Source: Chloroflexota bacterium (GTDB lineage Bacteria > Chloroflexota > Anaerolineae > Aggregatilineales > Phototrophicaceae). Taken from it: a DNA stretch of 64,000 bases. The position numbers were made by a program, and so were the translations under genes. The notes under the pieces are model-generated. The model was not told where the DNA came from and ran no database searches. It worked only from the letters and a program-made list of their open reading frames with translations. This document shows, piece by piece, positions 1 to 8,888 of the stretch. Positions within the stretch are counted from its first letter, which is position 1. Each line of letters starts with the position of its first letter. Location: contig JAPOWG010000098.1 of the NCBI GenBank assembly GCA_026707745.1, forward strand, positions 4,241 through 68,240. Direction: 5' to 3'.

Positions 1-1536
1 GGCCAGCAGTTTGGCGCGCGCGGTGTCTATGCCCATCGCAGTGGCGACATCCTCGTCTTCGCGAATCGCCATCCATTGCCGCCCGGTACGAGAATTGTTC
101 AAGCGAATCGAAACAAACAAGGTGATAAGACATGCGACCAGGACGATATAATATAATTGCTCGGGATTTTTCAATTCTGTGCCGAGAAAGATCGGCTTGG
201 GAATCGCCTGTACGCCCTGCGCGCCTCCGATCAATGGCTTGAGCCAGTCAGAGATCGCCAGCTTCCCGATGATTTCTCCAAAGCCCAGAGTGGCAATCGC
301 CAAATAGTCGCCACGCATTCGCAGTACAGGAACGGCAAAGATAAAGCCGGCAAACATCGCGGCCAGCAGGGCAATCGGAATGACCATCCAGAATGAAAAG
401 GTACCCTTCATCAGACCCAATGGCCCTATGGAGGTCATGACGGCGAGAATGTACGCTCCTACCGCATAGTTGGTCACGTATCCCAGGTCCAACAAGCCGG
501 CCAGGCCGATCGCGATATTGAGCCCAAGCCCCATCAGGACGAATAAGCCAATGGTGACAGCTACGTCGCTGAGCGTGCGGCCAATGAGCCAGGGCAGCAT
601 TAAGAGAAGCGCCACAAAAAGGACTGTTCCAATCATCCCCGTTGTTTGGCGTTGCTGCCCGCCCAGGTTTTGGAATCCTTGACGCGCTCGATCCCCGAAT
701 GCAGCCCACAAATAGCCGATGACAGTGCTGACGACAAGCAAGCCAAGCGCGGCGTTGCCCCGCAATGTATCGCGCCGGAAGAGCTGGTTGAGCGTATCGC
801 GTTCCAGGTTTTCTTGCAGGACCAGCCGAACCGTCTCGCCGAAAGCGCCGACGAGCAAGGTCACTGACAGACCGTAAAACAGGGCGCGGCGCGGCGTTCT
901 TGGTACGTAGTAGCATAACGATCCAAGGAATCCGGCAGCAACCGACGCCAGACTAAAGATAAAAATGCCCCTCATGAGGTCCTTGCGATGATCAAAGGTT
1001 ACGACCTCCACCCAGTCTCGATTGATGTTGACCAAGACCGAGCGCAGTTCGCCTTTGACCTCGAAGATAAGCGCCAGCGAAAACGTCACAATGCCCAAAA
1101 GCACGGCGACCAAGAGCCAACTGCCGATCACCGTTAAGGTCTCCACATTTTGTCGATACAGTCGCCAGGCAATTGCTGTCGCGAGCACAAATGGAGCCAG
1201 GCGCAGAGCCCAATCCAGCAGAAAACGAAACTCATCGGAATTGAAGAGCAGCATTATTGTAGTGGGCAGCGCCGTTAGCAATCCGATAATGATCCCGCCG
1301 CCTAGCACGACGATCGGCGCTTCGCCTGTCATTCCAAGCCGGTTGGCGGCAGTATAGCCAAATATGAATGGCGTAATCAGCAGCACCAATTGTCCCAGGG
1401 TGATGAAATCCCTGACGATTTCGCGTTCATGAAAGGCAGCTATCATGCCGACGGCGCCGGTGAACAGAATCAAGGCGCCCGAAAGCAAGCCCAGGGTGAT
1501 TATGGTTTGCCTTGTCTGCGACCCGCTGAGATCCAT
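1..1536 (-). CDS. livM: branched-chain amino acid ABC transporter permease, LivM-like. The 3' end runs off the window, and the N-terminal membrane extension is unusually long.
   Basis: Absent from the ORF track because there is no stop codon in the window. My own minus-strand translation from the ATG at 1536 reads MDLSGSQTRQTIITLGLLSG... and stays open to position 1. The distal part reads ...LGLNIAIGLAGLLDLGYVTNYAVGAYILAV...LRMRGDYLAIATLGFGEIIGK...NSRTGRQWMAIREDE, typical of LivM. It starts 12 nt after the livH stop. Confidence 0.8.
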   Translation of the reverse strand, partial: MDLSGSQTRQTIITLGLLSGALILFTGAVGMIAAFHEREIVRDFITLGQLVLLITPFIFGYTAANRLGMTGEAPIVVLGGGIIIGLLTALPTTIMLLFNSDEFRFLLDWALRLAPFVLATAIAWRLYRQNVETLTVIGSWLLVAVLLGIVTFSLALIFEVKGELRSVLVNINRDWVEVVTFDHRKDLMRGIFIFSLASVAAGFLGSLCYYVPRTPRRALFYGLSVTLLVGAFGETVRLVLQENLERDTLNQLFRRDTLRGNAALGLLVVSTVIGYLWAAFGDRARQGFQNLGGQQRQTTGMIGTVLFVALLLMLPWLIGRTLSDVAVTIGLFVLMGLGLNIAIGLAGLLDLGYVTNYAVGAYILAVMTSIGPLGLMKGTFSFWMVIPIALLAAMFAGFIFAVPVLRMRGDYLAIATLGFGEIIGKLAISDWLKPLIGGAQGVQAIPKPIFLGTELKNPEQLYYIVLVACLITLFVSIRLNNSRTGRQWMAIREDEDVATAMGIDTARAKLLA

Positions 1537-1548
1537 GCTCGCTACCCC

Positions 1549-2643
1549 CTACGCTTTCTTCTCGGACAGACGCTCGCCGAGAATGCCCTGCGGGCGGAAG
1601 ATCAAAACCAGCACGAGCATGGTGAAGGCAATCACATCCTTAAGTTGATTTGCGCCTGGAATGCCAAGCCCGGCCAGGACCAGATTGGGGCCGATCGCTT
1701 CGATCACGCCAAGGAACAAGCCGCCAAGCATGGCGCCCGGGATATTGCCGATGCCGCCCAGGACAGCCGCGGTAAAGGCTTTGATTCCGGGTATGAAACC
1801 CATGAAGAAATTGACGCCTTGAGGCCGGAACATGCCGTTGATGACGCCGGCCGAGCCGGCCAGGAAACCGCCGACGCCGAAGGTAAACAGAATCACCCAA
1901 TCAATGTCGATACCCATGAGGCGGGCAACTTCTTTGTTTTCCGAGACCGCGCGCATTGCCTTGCCGATACGCGACCGTTCCACCAGCCAATATAAAGCGA
2001 ACATCAACACGAGCGCCGAAATGAAAACAAAGATCTGTACTTTTGGGATGTTGATGGAACCAACTTGAAACACCCCTTGCAGTATTTTGACCTGTGGATA
2101 GGCCTTGAAGCCCGAACCGTAGAGACCACGAAAAGTGTATTGCAAAAAGAAGGAGGCTCCGATCGCAGTGATGAGCGGCACCAGACGCGGGCTGCCGCGC
2201 AGTGGGCGGTAGGCGATGCGCTCCAGCAAGATCGCCACAGTCATCGACACCAAGCCCGCGAACAAGATCATCAGCAATATCGCGAGCACGGGCGACTGAT
2301 TGAGAAAGCCGGTGCGATTGAGGGCCTCGGCGAGGAATACGGTAGAAAAGGCCCCGGCCATAAACACTTCGCCATGCGCGAAGTTGATCATCAGGAGGAT
2401 GCCGTAGACTAGCGTATAGCCCAGCGCTATCAGCGCATAGATGCTGCCTTGAGAAAGGCCCGCAATGAAGAGGTTCACCCATTGAGCGAATGAGATACGA
2501 CCTTCGGACAGCGTGTTCCAGGAGCCGACAACGATCGCAAGCACGATAAGAATGCGCAAGACATCAATGGTGAAGTCGACCCAGGAGAATTCACCAGTTT
2601 TCCATTTGAACATTTGCAACATCGCTTTCTTAAATCGGCCCAA
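1549..2643 (-). CDS. livH: branched-chain amino acid ABC transporter permease LivH-like
   Basis: 364 aa polytopic membrane protein. Motifs such as GLSQGSIYALIALGYTLVYGILLMINFAHGEVFMAGAF are characteristic of LivH-family permeases. It lies directly upstream of livM. Confidence 0.9.
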   Translation of the reverse strand: MGRFKKAMLQMFKWKTGEFSWVDFTIDVLRILIVLAIVVGSWNTLSEGRISFAQWVNLFIAGLSQGSIYALIALGYTLVYGILLMINFAHGEVFMAGAFSTVFLAEALNRTGFLNQSPVLAILLMILFAGLVSMTVAILLERIAYRPLRGSPRLVPLITAIGASFFLQYTFRGLYGSGFKAYPQVKILQGVFQVGSINIPKVQIFVFISALVLMFALYWLVERSRIGKAMRAVSENKEVARLMGIDIDWVILFTFGVGGFLAGSAGVINGMFRPQGVNFFMGFIPGIKAFTAAVLGGIGNIPGAMLGGLFLGVIEAIGPNLVLAGLGIPGANQLKDVIAFTMLVLVLIFRPQGILGERLSEKKA

Positions 2644-2775
2644 CGGAACAGGCTAACAAAGGAAACCTCTGCCAGTCGCGCAATTACGACCTGTTGACCC
2701 GGGACGGGAACAACAGCAAACTGCGGATACAGCCAGTTTACATCATGATGTATCAATTAGCTCGCAAGTTCGAAA

Positions 2776-4038
2776 TCACTCTGACGCGTTTTCCGAAAAA
2801 CTCCAGAACACCGGCGGCGGCCAATTGTCGTCGTAAACCTCCGCCTCGGTGATCTCGAACATCGCCAGCGCGGTGCCCGGTGCGCAGTCCCCCGCGAATG
2901 GAGATTCCTCCTGACAGGTTAGGCTGCCGGTCAAGCCCGGGTAGTTTTCCGTGGCGGCGATGGCATCGCGAATGGCTTGCCTGCCAATGAGAAGGCTGCC
3001 GTCGTCGGAGACCACAGCGACAGTCTCGACCGCATTGAGAAGCAGATTTGTAGCATCGTAGGCGTGGGCATGATAGCCGCTTGGCGGGCTGCTGCCGAAT
3101 TCTTCTTCCCAGCGGACGAGCAACTGCTCGTAGGCGTCCCCGGTCACCAAGGGTCCGGAAACGAAGATTCCGATAGCCGCTTCGCCGGTGTTTTCGGGGA
3201 ATCCCGCGACAAAGCTCGCGCCGCCGCCAATGATGACGGTATCTTCCAACCCGGCGATGTGCTGCATCTGAGCCGCGAAGAAATTGACTTCCGGCTCAAA
3301 CAGGGGCACATAGGCGATATCCGGCTGGTAAACGGCGATTTCCGTCAAGATCGACGCCATATCGGTATCGCCTTTGTTGACAGCGCCCTCGAAGACAACT
3401 TGGCCGCCCAGATCGGCAAAGGTATCGGCGACAACGCGGGCCAGCCCTTCGGTATAGGGATCACCGTCGTGCACGGTTGCCAACTTGCTGGATCCAAGGA
3501 TATGTATCGCGAATTCGGCATTGCGCATGCCCTCGACCAAGCCATTGTGGCTGGTGCGGAAGTAGCCGGGCAGGTGAGAGCCGCCGCTTGCGACATCTTC
3601 GTTGGTCAGGCTGGGAGACGTATTTGAGGGGGCAATCATCACCATGCCGGCGTCGCTGATGATGGGCATGGCGCCTTGCGCCGCGCTTGAGCAGTTCGTG
3701 CCGATAGCGCCGATCATGGTTGGATCCGCAGACAGACGCTGAGCGGCAGCTTGCCCGCCTTCCGCCGAGCAAAGACTGTCTTCTAGCACCAACTCGATCT
3801 CGCGTCCCAGCAACTCGCCATCACGGTCCATGATTGCGAGTTCGACCCCGCCGAGCGAATCATCGCCCAAGTACGTGACCGCGCCCGACTGAACCAGCAT
3901 GGCGCCGATAACGATGGGTTCGTCCTCGGCGACGATGACACAGCCCAAATTGTCCGTACAGGCATCTTGAGCCGCAACCGGATTCAATAAAACGCTGACC
4001 AAGCTGAGCAAAAGAAAGGACGCAATCGTTTTTTTCAT
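2776..4038 (-). CDS. ABC transporter substrate-binding protein, Leu/Ile/Val-binding (type 1 periplasmic binding fold) family
   Basis: Signal-peptide-like N-terminus MKKTIASFLLLSLVSVLLNPVAAQ. The body matches LivK-like proteins (IVIGAMLVQSGAV...GGVELAI...CSSAAQGAMPIISDAGMVMIAPSNTSP). It is adjacent to livHM. Confidence 0.88.
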   Translation of the reverse strand: MKKTIASFLLLSLVSVLLNPVAAQDACTDNLGCVIVAEDEPIVIGAMLVQSGAVTYLGDDSLGGVELAIMDRDGELLGREIELVLEDSLCSAEGGQAAAQRLSADPTMIGAIGTNCSSAAQGAMPIISDAGMVMIAPSNTSPSLTNEDVASGGSHLPGYFRTSHNGLVEGMRNAEFAIHILGSSKLATVHDGDPYTEGLARVVADTFADLGGQVVFEGAVNKGDTDMASILTEIAVYQPDIAYVPLFEPEVNFFAAQMQHIAGLEDTVIIGGGASFVAGFPENTGEAAIGIFVSGPLVTGDAYEQLLVRWEEEFGSSPPSGYHAHAYDATNLLLNAVETVAVVSDDGSLLIGRQAIRDAIAATENYPGLTGSLTCQEESPFAGDCAPGTALAMFEITEAEVYDDNWPPPVFWSFSENASE

Positions 4039-4164
4039 TATTGTTATTCACCTCATTTGAACTGTCGCGATCCCCCTGGTCAATCTGGGAATCGCAAACA
4101 GATACAAGAACCAAGGTATGACGGAAGGGTGACTCGCGCCATTGCAACCGCATACGCGCATCCG

Positions 4165-4200
4165 CCAAAAACAAGCCAGAGAGATGCTGCCCTCTGGCTT
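4165..4200 (-). terminator. rho-independent terminator candidate between the two binding-protein paralogs
   Basis: Plus-strand AAGCCAGAG (4173-4181) and CTCTGGCTT (4192-4200) form a 9-bp stem. On the minus strand the hairpin is followed by GTTTTTGG (plus-strand AAAAA at about 4167-4171). It lies 45 nt downstream of the stop at 4245. Confidence 0.55.
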
Positions 4201-4244
4201 GTTCTTCTAACGAACGCAATCTTTCAGGGTTTGGCGGAGCCTCG

Positions 4245-5510
4245 CTATCCTCCGGATGCCATTGAAGGCGTCCAGACGATCGGCGGTGGCCAGTTGCCTT
4301 CAGCGACTTCGGCCTCAGTGATTGAAAAGACAGCCAAGGCATCACCAGTGGCGCAGTCGCCGGCGTATGGCGACGATGCCTGGCAAGTGAGCGAGCCGGT
4401 CAAACCATCGTAAGCCTCGACCGAGGAAAGCGCGTCGCGCAGCGCCTGCCGGCCAATGACGAGCGTGCCGTCGTCCATCTCTTCGGCGACAGCTTCGACC
4501 GCGTCCATCAACAGATTGGCGCCATCATAAGCATGGGCGTGGAATCCGCTGGGGGGGCCGGCCTCATCAATTTCTTCTTTCCAGGTCGCGATGAAGGCAT
4601 CATAGGCGTCGCCGGAGACATGCGGTCCGGTCATGTAGATGCCAACGGCAGCATCGCCTGTGTTCTGGGCGAAGGTCGCGGAGAAGCTGCCGTCCGCGGT
4701 CATCATCAGGGCTTCTTCCAGGCCCGGCGTGTTCACCAGTTGCGATGCGATAAACTCCGACTCCGGAACAAATACCGGGAAGTAGACGATATCGGGACCG
4801 CTGGCGGCGATCTCGGTCAAGATGGCTGACATGTCGGTATCGCCCTTGCTAACAGCGCCCTGGAAGACCACTTCGCCGTTCAATCCGGCAAAGGTGTTGG
4901 CCATGACCACTGCCAGGCCTTCGGTATAAGGATCGCCGTCATGGATGGTGGCGAGCGAACCGGTTTTCAGCACCTCTACGGCGAAGCGCGCGCCCAAGGC
5001 ACCCTGGAACAGATCATTGTGCGCCGTGCGGAAGTAACCCGGCAAGTAAGTGCCGCCGGCATCGCGGTCGTCGTTGGTCAGGCTTGGCGAGGTGTTGGAG
5101 GGCGAAATCATGAGCATGCCGGCTTCGCTGATAATAGGCAGCGCGCCTTGCGCGGCGCCCGAGCATGTTGTTCCGATGATGCCAACGATGGATTCGTCGG
5201 CGGCCATGCGCTGGGCTGCGGCTTGACCACCCTCAGCCGAGCACAGACTGTCTTCAACAACGAACTCAATATCACGGCCGAGCAGCATACCATCACGGCC
5301 GAGAATCGCCAATTCGACGCCACCCCGCGAGTCTTCACCATAAAAGGAAGTTGCGCCGGAAACCGAAAGCATGGCGCCGATAACGATTGGATCATCTGGT
5401 CCTACCTCGACGCAGCCGAGTGCGTCCATGCAGTGCGCGTCCGCGAGCGCGGGAGCACCGAATGTGAGGAGGAGACCAAATAATGTGAATACGAGAAACA
5501 AGCGTTTCAT
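4245..5510 (-). CDS. ABC transporter substrate-binding protein, Leu/Ile/Val-binding family (paralog of 2776..4038)
   Basis: The ORF track gives 4245..5549. I prefer the internal ATG at 5510 (MKRLFLVFTLFGLLL signal peptide), which is preceded by AGGAGA 9 nt upstream. Long blocks are shared with the downstream paralog (EDSLCSAEGGQAAAQR, PSNTSPSLTN, LTGSLTCQ...AGDCA...ITEAEV...NWPPP). Confidence 0.88.
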   Translation of the reverse strand: MKRLFLVFTLFGLLLTFGAPALADAHCMDALGCVEVGPDDPIVIGAMLSVSGATSFYGEDSRGGVELAILGRDGMLLGRDIEFVVEDSLCSAEGGQAAAQRMAADESIVGIIGTTCSGAAQGALPIISEAGMLMISPSNTSPSLTNDDRDAGGTYLPGYFRTAHNDLFQGALGARFAVEVLKTGSLATIHDGDPYTEGLAVVMANTFAGLNGEVVFQGAVSKGDTDMSAILTEIAASGPDIVYFPVFVPESEFIASQLVNTPGLEEALMMTADGSFSATFAQNTGDAAVGIYMTGPHVSGDAYDAFIATWKEEIDEAGPPSGFHAHAYDGANLLMDAVEAVAEEMDDGTLVIGRQALRDALSSVEAYDGLTGSLTCQASSPYAGDCATGDALAVFSITEAEVAEGNWPPPIVWTPSMASGG

Positions 5511-5656
5511 GTCGTGGAATCTCCTATACAAATGGACATTATCGCGCAAGAGACACGCTATGTTTCATTATACTCAAGGATTACAGCGTTGTATATTCGC
5601 TTTTACAAATTGGGCGCATTTCAGATTATTGGCGATTGACCACCGAGGGGCGCGCG

Positions 5657-5731
5657 GGTCGCGCAGGTCGCGCAGGTCGCGTAGGTCGCGTAGACACTGA
5701 CCGCCGACACTGACCGCCGACACTGACCGTC
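5657..5731. repeat. short tandem arrays: 4 x 9-mer GGTCGCG(C/T)A followed by about 3 x 13-mer GACACTGACCGCC
   Basis: Read directly: ggtcgcgca ggtcgcgca ggtcgcgta ggtcgcgta, then gacactgaccgcc gacactgaccgcc gacactgaccgtc. The same core words (GGTCGCG, TAGACACTGAC, GTCAGGCG) recur at about 9877-9923, 10040-10250, 24046-24064 and 50170-50325. Confidence 0.9.
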
Positions 5732-5866
5732 AGGCGTCCCTACATTTTGCCAGATTTATGTGATATTCGACGTATATTGATATTGGCGCGATTGCCCTGG
5801 TTCATCGCCCCGAAATATTGAAATGCAGCCAGTGTTACAGGCCAATTCGCTGACGTTGAGCGCCTG

Positions 5867-7108
5867 ATGTACAATGGCTGCCACAGCAATCTGGCAAGAG
5901 CAAGTGAAGTCAAATTCAGGGTGGGAAGAGTCGTGAAGCTGTTGGTGGTAGTTTCGTCGCTGGATCTTGCGCAGCCATATAGCGCCACACCCGCTTGGTG
6001 GCAGTTGCTAAAGGGCTTGTACGAACTAGGCGTAGACATCATCGCCACGCCGTACCAGGGCATGCCGGTGGAAAGTTTGTGGTGGCGATGCGAAGACAAT
6101 CCCGCCCGTTGGCAAGGCGAGGCATTTCGTTCTATGCGTGGCTTCGTCCGGCGCTGGAGGCGAGCGAATCCGGGCGAAGCGGTCGGCGAATCCCTGTCGG
6201 ATAGAGCGGTACGTGGCGCAGCGCGCGCATTCATTGCGCCGGTTTGGCGTCGACATCTGGAAGGGATTCTTAAGCGCAATCCCGATATTGATGCCTTGCT
6301 GTTTTTAACGGTACCGCTCAATCACCTGGTGGGCGTACCCCGATATCTCTCGCAGAAGTATGACCTGCCGGTGTTTTACTTTGATGGCGATGTTCCGGCC
6401 AGCTTGCCAAATATGCAGGGATTCGCCTCCGGCTTCCGCATCTACCAGGGGGCGGATGTGAAGGAATATACCGCGTTCATAAGCAACAGCACCGGGGGAG
6501 AGGCGCTCTTGAGGCAACTCGGCGTCGAACGGGTGCATACGGTGTGGTATGGCGCTGATCCCGAAGTCTTCAGCCGGGCGCCAGTTGCAGCGCAAGACAT
6601 TGATGTGCTCTTTTATGGGCACGGTCGCGAATATCGCTCGGAATGGATCGACCAGATGATAAGCGCGCCGTCCCGTCAGCTGACCGACGCACGGTTTGCT
6701 GTGCGCGGGAACAACCTGGGCGATATCGGCGACTGTGAAGCATTGCCATATCTAAGTTTTAGCAAGCTACGGGAATACGTATGCCGCAGCAAGCTCAATC
6801 TTTGCATCACGCGGGACGCGCACGCGAACGTAGCTTGTTCGTCTTCATCGCGCCCGTTTGAGTTGGCTGCGATGAGCGCATGCGTCGTCGCCAACCCCTA
6901 CCTGGGCCTGGAGACCTGGTTCGAGCCGGAGAAAGAGATTATCATTGTCAGTTCCGGCGAAGAGGCGATCGAACGCTATCGATTCTTGCTCGGCCATGAC
7001 AGCGCGCGGGAGTCTATCGGCCGGGCCGCGCGCGAGCGAGTCCTGAAGCAGCACACCTTTCGTCATCGCGCGCGTGAATTGCTTGCGATTGTGCGCCAAT
7101 ACATGTGA
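5867..7108 (+). CDS. CgeB-family / group-1-like glycosyltransferase (uncharacterised)
   Basis: The C-terminal half (LPYLSFSKLREYVCRSKLNLCITR...RPFELAAMSACVVANPY...EIIIVSSGEEAIERYRFLLGHDSARESIGRAARERVLKQHTFRHRA) resembles the CgeB/DUF3880-type glycosyltransferase C-terminus. The true start may be the GTG near 5933 (VKLLVVVSSLD). Confidence 0.55.
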   Translation: MYNGCHSNLARASEVKFRVGRVVKLLVVVSSLDLAQPYSATPAWWQLLKGLYELGVDIIATPYQGMPVESLWWRCEDNPARWQGEAFRSMRGFVRRWRRANPGEAVGESLSDRAVRGAARAFIAPVWRRHLEGILKRNPDIDALLFLTVPLNHLVGVPRYLSQKYDLPVFYFDGDVPASLPNMQGFASGFRIYQGADVKEYTAFISNSTGGEALLRQLGVERVHTVWYGADPEVFSRAPVAAQDIDVLFYGHGREYRSEWIDQMISAPSRQLTDARFAVRGNNLGDIGDCEALPYLSFSKLREYVCRSKLNLCITRDAHANVACSSSSRPFELAAMSACVVANPYLGLETWFEPEKEIIIVSSGEEAIERYRFLLGHDSARESIGRAARERVLKQHTFRHRARELLAIVRQYM

Positions 7109-7145
7109 GTCAGTAGACTTCATCATCCAAATGGGAGAATCAACG

Positions 7146-7988
7146 ATGTCCATAGATATTGGCAAGGCAAGCAGTTTTGTCCATCAGCATGGCACCTTAT
7201 TTGAACGCGCCTTGTTCGACTATCTATTTGCCGGGGGCAGCGGCGAACGAGTACAGGCCATCATCATGTGTTACAAGAATCCCGACGGCGGCTTTGGTCA
7301 CGGCTTCGAGCATGACATCAAAGCGCCGCATTCGCATCCATTAGCGTTGGAGTATCTACTCAGTGTAATGAAACATACGGGCATCGAGCCTGGCGCTATC
7401 CTGGACGGCGTTTCCGACTGGGTCGAGAGCCAGATGGACGAGGCTGGGAATCTGCGCAATCCGCCCGAGACGCGGCACTATCCGCTTGCGCCCTGGTGGC
7501 AGGAAGAGGGCGGCCAAACAATGCCGGATAGTATTGTCGCAAACTTGATACACTTCGATCGCGCCGAAGCTTCCCTGGTAAGGAAGACCGAACGCTGGGT
7601 CGCGGACAGGCATACGCTCGAGAGCATCCGAACTAATGAATGGCTGTTCATGGCGTACCATGCGGTCGATTTCTTTTTCGCAATTGATGAATATCCCGAC
7701 TTGGAGCGGTATCGCGCGGCTACGATCGAAAACGTGCTCGCATGCGCCAAGGCGGCGCCGGCAAGCCAGTACGATTCCTTGTTCGCCTTCGCGCCGACGC
7801 CGGATTCGGCAATCGCGAAAGCGTTGCCCGCCGATTTGCTGGTAAAATACCTTGATGTACTTGAAGGGGCCCAGACGGACGACGGTTGTTGGGTTGATCA
7901 ACATAACTTGCGGCAATGGTGGCCGATGACGACTATCAATGTCTTGCTAGCCTTGGAACGGTATGGTCGGTGGTCAGCGAATCGGTAG
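7146..7988 (+). CDS. hypothetical protein with prenyltransferase / terpene-cyclase-like (alpha-alpha toroid) repeat motifs
   Basis: The ORF track gives 7074..7988. The ATG at 7146 has GGAGA 7 nt upstream. Motifs YKNPDGGFGHGFEHD and QTDDGCWVDQ resemble the xxDGGW/F repeats of this fold. The assignment is tentative. Confidence 0.5.
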   Translation: MSIDIGKASSFVHQHGTLFERALFDYLFAGGSGERVQAIIMCYKNPDGGFGHGFEHDIKAPHSHPLALEYLLSVMKHTGIEPGAILDGVSDWVESQMDEAGNLRNPPETRHYPLAPWWQEEGGQTMPDSIVANLIHFDRAEASLVRKTERWVADRHTLESIRTNEWLFMAYHAVDFFFAIDEYPDLERYRAATIENVLACAKAAPASQYDSLFAFAPTPDSAIAKALPADLLVKYLDVLEGAQTDDGCWVDQHNLRQWWPMTTINVLLALERYGRWSANR

Positions 7989-8033
7989 GAATGAACCGTT
8001 GGCGGCGGACGCCGCGCTATATTCCTAGCTTAT

Positions 8034-8873
8034 TTGAGAGAGGTCGCTTCTGTGGCTATTGATTTCATCATTGAATACGATTGCGTTCCCAAAGTCCACT
8101 TAACTCCTGAAGGAATTCTGGAGCGTATCAAGGAGAAGGAACGCGCCCAAACCGTCATCCAATGGTTTCGAGAAGCCGGCGACGAGCGCCCTCCATCCGA
8201 AATGGGCTTTGAGTTTAGCCGCAGTTCGTTGGACGAACAATCAAGTAGACAACTGATCGTAGTCCAAGATTTACTGGATCACGCCGCCGCTCTGGATGCG
8301 CATGCCCATCATTGCTCTGCTTGTCCCGCGAATCGAAGCGGCTCTCCTTTTGGCTGCATGGGATTTATCCAGTATCCCATTAGCGCGCAAGCAGAAGCCT
8401 GGTTACTGGATCGACTGCCCGTACCTGACGAGCCGCTGGTTTGGCTGCTGTTGAAACAGGGCATACAACGGCTCGGCTACGACGGCTCATTTGTACGGGC
8501 ATTGCGGGAACTCGACAACCAGAACGAAGGTAGCGAGCGGACTTATTTTCTGTCGCCGGAAGCTCCGCAGAGGCGTTTGGGCGAACTTCGTGTTACGGGC
8601 GATCAGGCGCTTGAGATGATTTTTGGCGTTGGAGATCGCATCATACCAAATCATGCGGGCATACTCTTGTTGTTCTTTGACGCGATTGAACGCGACCTGG
8701 AAGCCTCGGAAATCCAGGGGATTTCGTCATTTGACCAGACTATACGCGAAGGATTCAAGTTTGAAATGGAAGCGGTCTCTACGGGACACGAAGGCATTCG
8801 CGAGATCATCTCGTTTTTTCATGCTTTGTATTTGGCTTGGAAACTGGACGTCTCGCTGTATGTGGATGCTTGA
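8034..8873 (+). CDS. hypothetical cytoplasmic protein with HHCSACP...GC motif
   Basis: 279-aa ORF with coding-like composition and no family I recognise. An alternative GTG start at 8052 is preceded by GAGAGG. It ends 15 nt before the next gene. Confidence 0.55.
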   Translation: MREVASVAIDFIIEYDCVPKVHLTPEGILERIKEKERAQTVIQWFREAGDERPPSEMGFEFSRSSLDEQSSRQLIVVQDLLDHAAALDAHAHHCSACPANRSGSPFGCMGFIQYPISAQAEAWLLDRLPVPDEPLVWLLLKQGIQRLGYDGSFVRALRELDNQNEGSERTYFLSPEAPQRRLGELRVTGDQALEMIFGVGDRIIPNHAGILLLFFDAIERDLEASEIQGISSFDQTIREGFKFEMEAVSTGHEGIREIISFFHALYLAWKLDVSLYVDA

Positions 8874-8888
8874 GCCGCTACCGAAGGC

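Noticed and set aside
5657-5731. CRISPR array
   Set aside because: The units are 9 and 13 nt and directly abutting, with no spacers, and there are no cas genes in the window.
7986-8034. Read-through or recoding between 7074..7988 and 8034..8873, which are in the same frame
   Set aside because: The intervening stop is TAG, not TGA. The downstream ORF has its own RBS-like GAGAGG and start, and there is no motif continuity across the junction. It is a frame coincidence.
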